Below are positions 30,384 to 32,493 of a DNA stretch of 32,493 nucleotides, piece after piece; position 1 is the stretch's first letter; each line of letters opens with the position of its first letter. The DNA lies in contig JAENIZ010000008.1 of assembly GCA_016844485.1 (NCBI GenBank), positions 1 to 32,493 of the forward strand, given 5' to 3'. The DNA comes from Gammaproteobacteria bacterium. GTDB taxonomy: Bacteria; Pseudomonadota; Gammaproteobacteria; Eutrophobiales; Eutrophobiaceae. The translations under genes were made by a program, and so were the position numbers. The notes beneath the pieces are model-generated. The model saw nothing but the letters and a program-made list of their open reading frames with translations. It searched no databases and was not told the DNA's origin.

Positions 30384-30808
30384 GGTGCAGTTCTGTCAGT
30401 CACCGTGACCCTGATAGTCCGTGATGCGAATGCTGGCTGTCCTGCTGTGCCACGTGTTGCGGTAACGCCGATATTGTAAATGTTATACGTGTCCGGTCCT
30501 TCGGTAACTCCGGTTGTTTCGGCACAACCGACAGCGGCCTGAAAACCATTCAGCCCACCGCTTGAGAAAGAGATGGTCTGACCATTGACACCGGTACAGG
30601 TCCCGAGATCCAGGGATTCATGTACTGCCCACTCTACACCACTCCTTGCTGCAAACCATGCCTGAATAGCGCTTGCGGATGTTGCCGTGCTGAGCGCTGA
30701 AACAGACGACAACGTCGCCATATATGCCCCCAACAAGGCAAATAACACAATCAGCACAAGTGCCATGACGGCACTGAAACCACCCTGCTTGTTAATGCCC
30801 GTATTCAT
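30380..30808 (-). CDS. mshP: MshP-like / PilX-N-type pilus assembly protein
   Basis: 142-aa ORF with the N-terminal QGGFSAVMALVLIVLFALLGAYMA hydrophobic segment. Its start overlaps the upstream gene's stop as ATGA. It is the last gene of a minor-pilin block in mshD-O-P order. Assignment is by motif and order only. Confidence 0.6.
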   Translation of the reverse strand: MNTGINKQGGFSAVMALVLIVLFALLGAYMATLSSVSALSTATSASAIQAWFAARSGVEWAVHESLDLGTCTGVNGQTISFSSGGLNGFQAAVGCAETTGVTEGPDTYNIYNIGVTATRGTAGQPAFASRTIRVTVTDRTAP

Positions 30809-31629
30809 GGCTGATTATCAACATGCACTTGCTGTAAAAGCGTAACGCTTTGTCCCAGATTCGTATTCTGTACCGTAAGACTAATCGTCACCAGGCCACC
30901 ACGTGTGGCAGTACCCGGATCATATTCCATCGAACACGAGGATAACTGATCAATCAAGAGATTGTTCGAAGTCGCTCCAACCGGCGGGACGGGTTGAGCG
31001 CCCACAATCGTATAATGTGAATAGCGCCTGATATTTGGAACAGAACACACAAAACTTACCGGGGTATCCACCACAAAAAATCTCTGCCGGGGCGATTCAA
31101 ATGGAAACTTCGTGACCGGAGTCAGATCAAAGCTGAGCGTTGATGCGGCCTTGGCTGTGATGGCTGCAATGTTGTCACCGTTATAGGCATCGGCACCTGA
31201 CTGTCCTGTATTAAATACGACCATGCAATCCACTGTGTCATTCATGCAATCTGGTTGAGTTCCTGCCCCCACGTCAATACCGCCGAAATTATTGAGCGGG
31301 CCAAGAAATTCAAAAGTATCAGATTGTTTATTGAATTTAAGCCGGTTAGCCCCCTGCTTACGATAGCGTCCGCCATCAAGCGTGCGCAGAAATTCAATTG
31401 CCGTTCCACTGATGCGGATACTGTTGGGAAGCGCCAGCCGAATTTCACGCGTCATGCGTTGCAACGCAGTCTCCGCGATATCCACAAGCTGCGCCCGCTG
31501 TTGTACATCAACAAAGGCCTCCATCGGACCCCGCAGAATATTGATCAGGGTAAAAGAAAGGATGCCCAGCAACAGGATTACAATGACAAGTTCAATCAGA
31601 GTGAAACCTTTTGCCTTCATATCAAGCAT
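30805..31629 (-). CDS. mshO: MshO-like minor pseudopilin
   Basis: 274-aa ORF with the prepilin cleavage/methylation motif KGFTLIELVIV and the MshO-like segment ALQRMTREIRLALPNSIRISG. An alternative ATG lies at 31620. Confidence 0.68.
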   Translation of the reverse strand: MLDMKAKGFTLIELVIVILLLGILSFTLINILRGPMEAFVDVQQRAQLVDIAETALQRMTREIRLALPNSIRISGTAIEFLRTLDGGRYRKQGANRLKFNKQSDTFEFLGPLNNFGGIDVGAGTQPDCMNDTVDCMVVFNTGQSGADAYNGDNIAAITAKAASTLSFDLTPVTKFPFESPRQRFFVVDTPVSFVCSVPNIRRYSHYTIVGAQPVPPVGATSNNLLIDQLSSCSMEYDPGTATRGGLVTISLTVQNTNLGQSVTLLQQVHVDNQP

Positions 31630-31641
31630 TGCCGTCCCGGT

Positions 31642-32205
31642 TTAAAAATTTGTCCTGTAACCTGTCAGTGTCAGATTAAGATCAGAAAAACTGTCGTGGG
31701 TGACATTGACATCAATACGGAGAACTTCTCCGTTTGCCGAGCTCAGACTGTCCAGAGTCTCCCCGCTGTCATCCACGGTCACACTGATGTTGTAAGCACC
31801 GAGTCCGCCGATAAGAGTATTATTTTGATCTCTTGCGCCTGATGTAGAATCAACAAGGGGATCATTATAATCACAGACATCATCGAACAGGGTGCGGCTC
31901 CCTTCAGAGGCTCCGGGGCTGCATGTTGTACAGGCAGTAGCACTGGTACAGTCCGTGGGGCAAACCGTGGGTGTCGCCGGATTGGCATCAGCATCCCAGT
32001 CGGGATCACAAAATGGCCTTAACAGGACTTCTTCCAGATAGGACTGCGCAATGGCATTGGCCTGTTCGATGATCATGGGATCGATACTGTGTCTTGTCGT
32101 TTGATTGATAAGCGAGGTAAATGCAGTAACGCCCAGTCCGAGTATCACGATCGATACAATAAGTTCCAATAAGGTGAACCCCTGACTTTTCGTTCTGTAT
32201 TTCAT
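31642..32205 (-). CDS. mshD: MshD-like minor pseudopilin
   Basis: 187-aa ORF with the prepilin motif QGFTLLELIVSIVILG. It also has the MshD-like AQSYLEEVLLRPFCDP and RTLFDDVCDYND segments. Its start overlaps the upstream stop as ATGA. Confidence 0.68.
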   Translation of the reverse strand: MKYRTKSQGFTLLELIVSIVILGLGVTAFTSLINQTTRHSIDPMIIEQANAIAQSYLEEVLLRPFCDPDWDADANPATPTVCPTDCTSATACTTCSPGASEGSRTLFDDVCDYNDPLVDSTSGARDQNNTLIGGLGAYNISVTVDDSGETLDSLSSANGEVLRIDVNVTHDSFSDLNLTLTGYRTNF

Positions 32206-32493
32206 GGCGAGTGCGCGTACCCGGTCTCCGCTTCAACAGTGATTGTCTGGCTGCCAAATGTAATCGTCGGTGCGGCGCTTGGCCGGCCGATATTATCAAA
32301 TGAAAATGTTGCGCTGGGTGTCCCTTCAGCCGTACTGTCATCACAAAAATTGCTGTTACCGCTGGCAGGATTGGAAATGTCCGTCCCCGCTGCAGGACAG
32401 GTGCCACCCCCTGCCCAGTCCAGCAAACATTGTGTTGAATTTATAGTGACATCGACAGTGCAACCTGATGCGATGGCAAGTTTCTGGCCATAT
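32202..32493 (-). CDS. Pseudopilin C-terminal fragment (GspH/FimT- or MshC-like), N-terminus outside the window
   Basis: The listed ORF starts at an internal TTG (32426). The same frame stays open to the window edge (YGQKLAIASGCTVDVTINSTQCLLDWAGGG...). The tail ...FSFDNIGRPSAAPTITFGSQTITVEAETGYA resembles GspH/FimT-type C-termini. It lies upstream of the mshD-like gene. Confidence 0.5.
   Translation of the reverse strand, partial: YGQKLAIASGCTVDVTINSTQCLLDWAGGGTCPAAGTDISNPASGNSNFCDDSTAEGTPSATFSFDNIGRPSAAPTITFGSQTITVEAETGYAHSP

Noticed and set aside
32006-32407. A 133-aa minus-strand ORF overlapping the mshD-like gene and the partial pseudopilin in another frame.
   Set aside because: It overlaps two genes that carry clear prepilin or pseudopilin motifs, and it has an Arg/His-rich nonsense composition.

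Overview
This window is a chromosomal core region of a Gram-negative genome with proteobacterial (gamma/beta-like) gene order. I found no transposase, integrase, phage, CRISPR/cas or recognisable defence genes, and no convincing novel multi-gene system. It is mostly ordinary housekeeping DNA.

Gene layout:
- Minus strand, read right to left: tRNA-Tyr/Gly/Thr, tuf, tRNA-Trp, secE, nusG, rplK, rplA, rplJ, rplL, rpoB, rpoC. rpoC leaves the left edge of the window.
- Further right on the minus strand: tsaC, purE, topA, smg, dprA and a LysM protein.
- Plus strand, diverging from the LysM gene: def, fmt, rsmB, DUF4390, an NtrY-like kinase and an NtrX-like regulator, linked by overlapping stop/start codons. 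A small SAM methyltransferase and a small TPR protein follow.
- Right end: a class-1-type pyrD (-), trmL (+), and an MSHA-type minor-pilin block (mshP/O/D-like plus a partial pseudopilin leaving the window).

Items worth a second look:
1. rplL is out of frame. The pattern fits a 22-nt loss that removes the conserved VRxxTGLGL segment.
2. The NtrY-like kinase has no recognisable N box, and its partner regulator has a degenerate AAA+ domain.
3. Six back-to-back strong hairpins fill the dprA-smg spacer.
4. A family of 7-nt-periodic, stop-codon-rich arrays sits immediately after several stop codons. It includes a near-identical 23-mer at two distant loci.
5. The convergent TPR/pyrD spacer holds two 44-nt direct repeats whose three differences all fall in predicted unpaired positions.

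Items 1 and 2 could be assembly or sequencing artefacts and need read-level confirmation.
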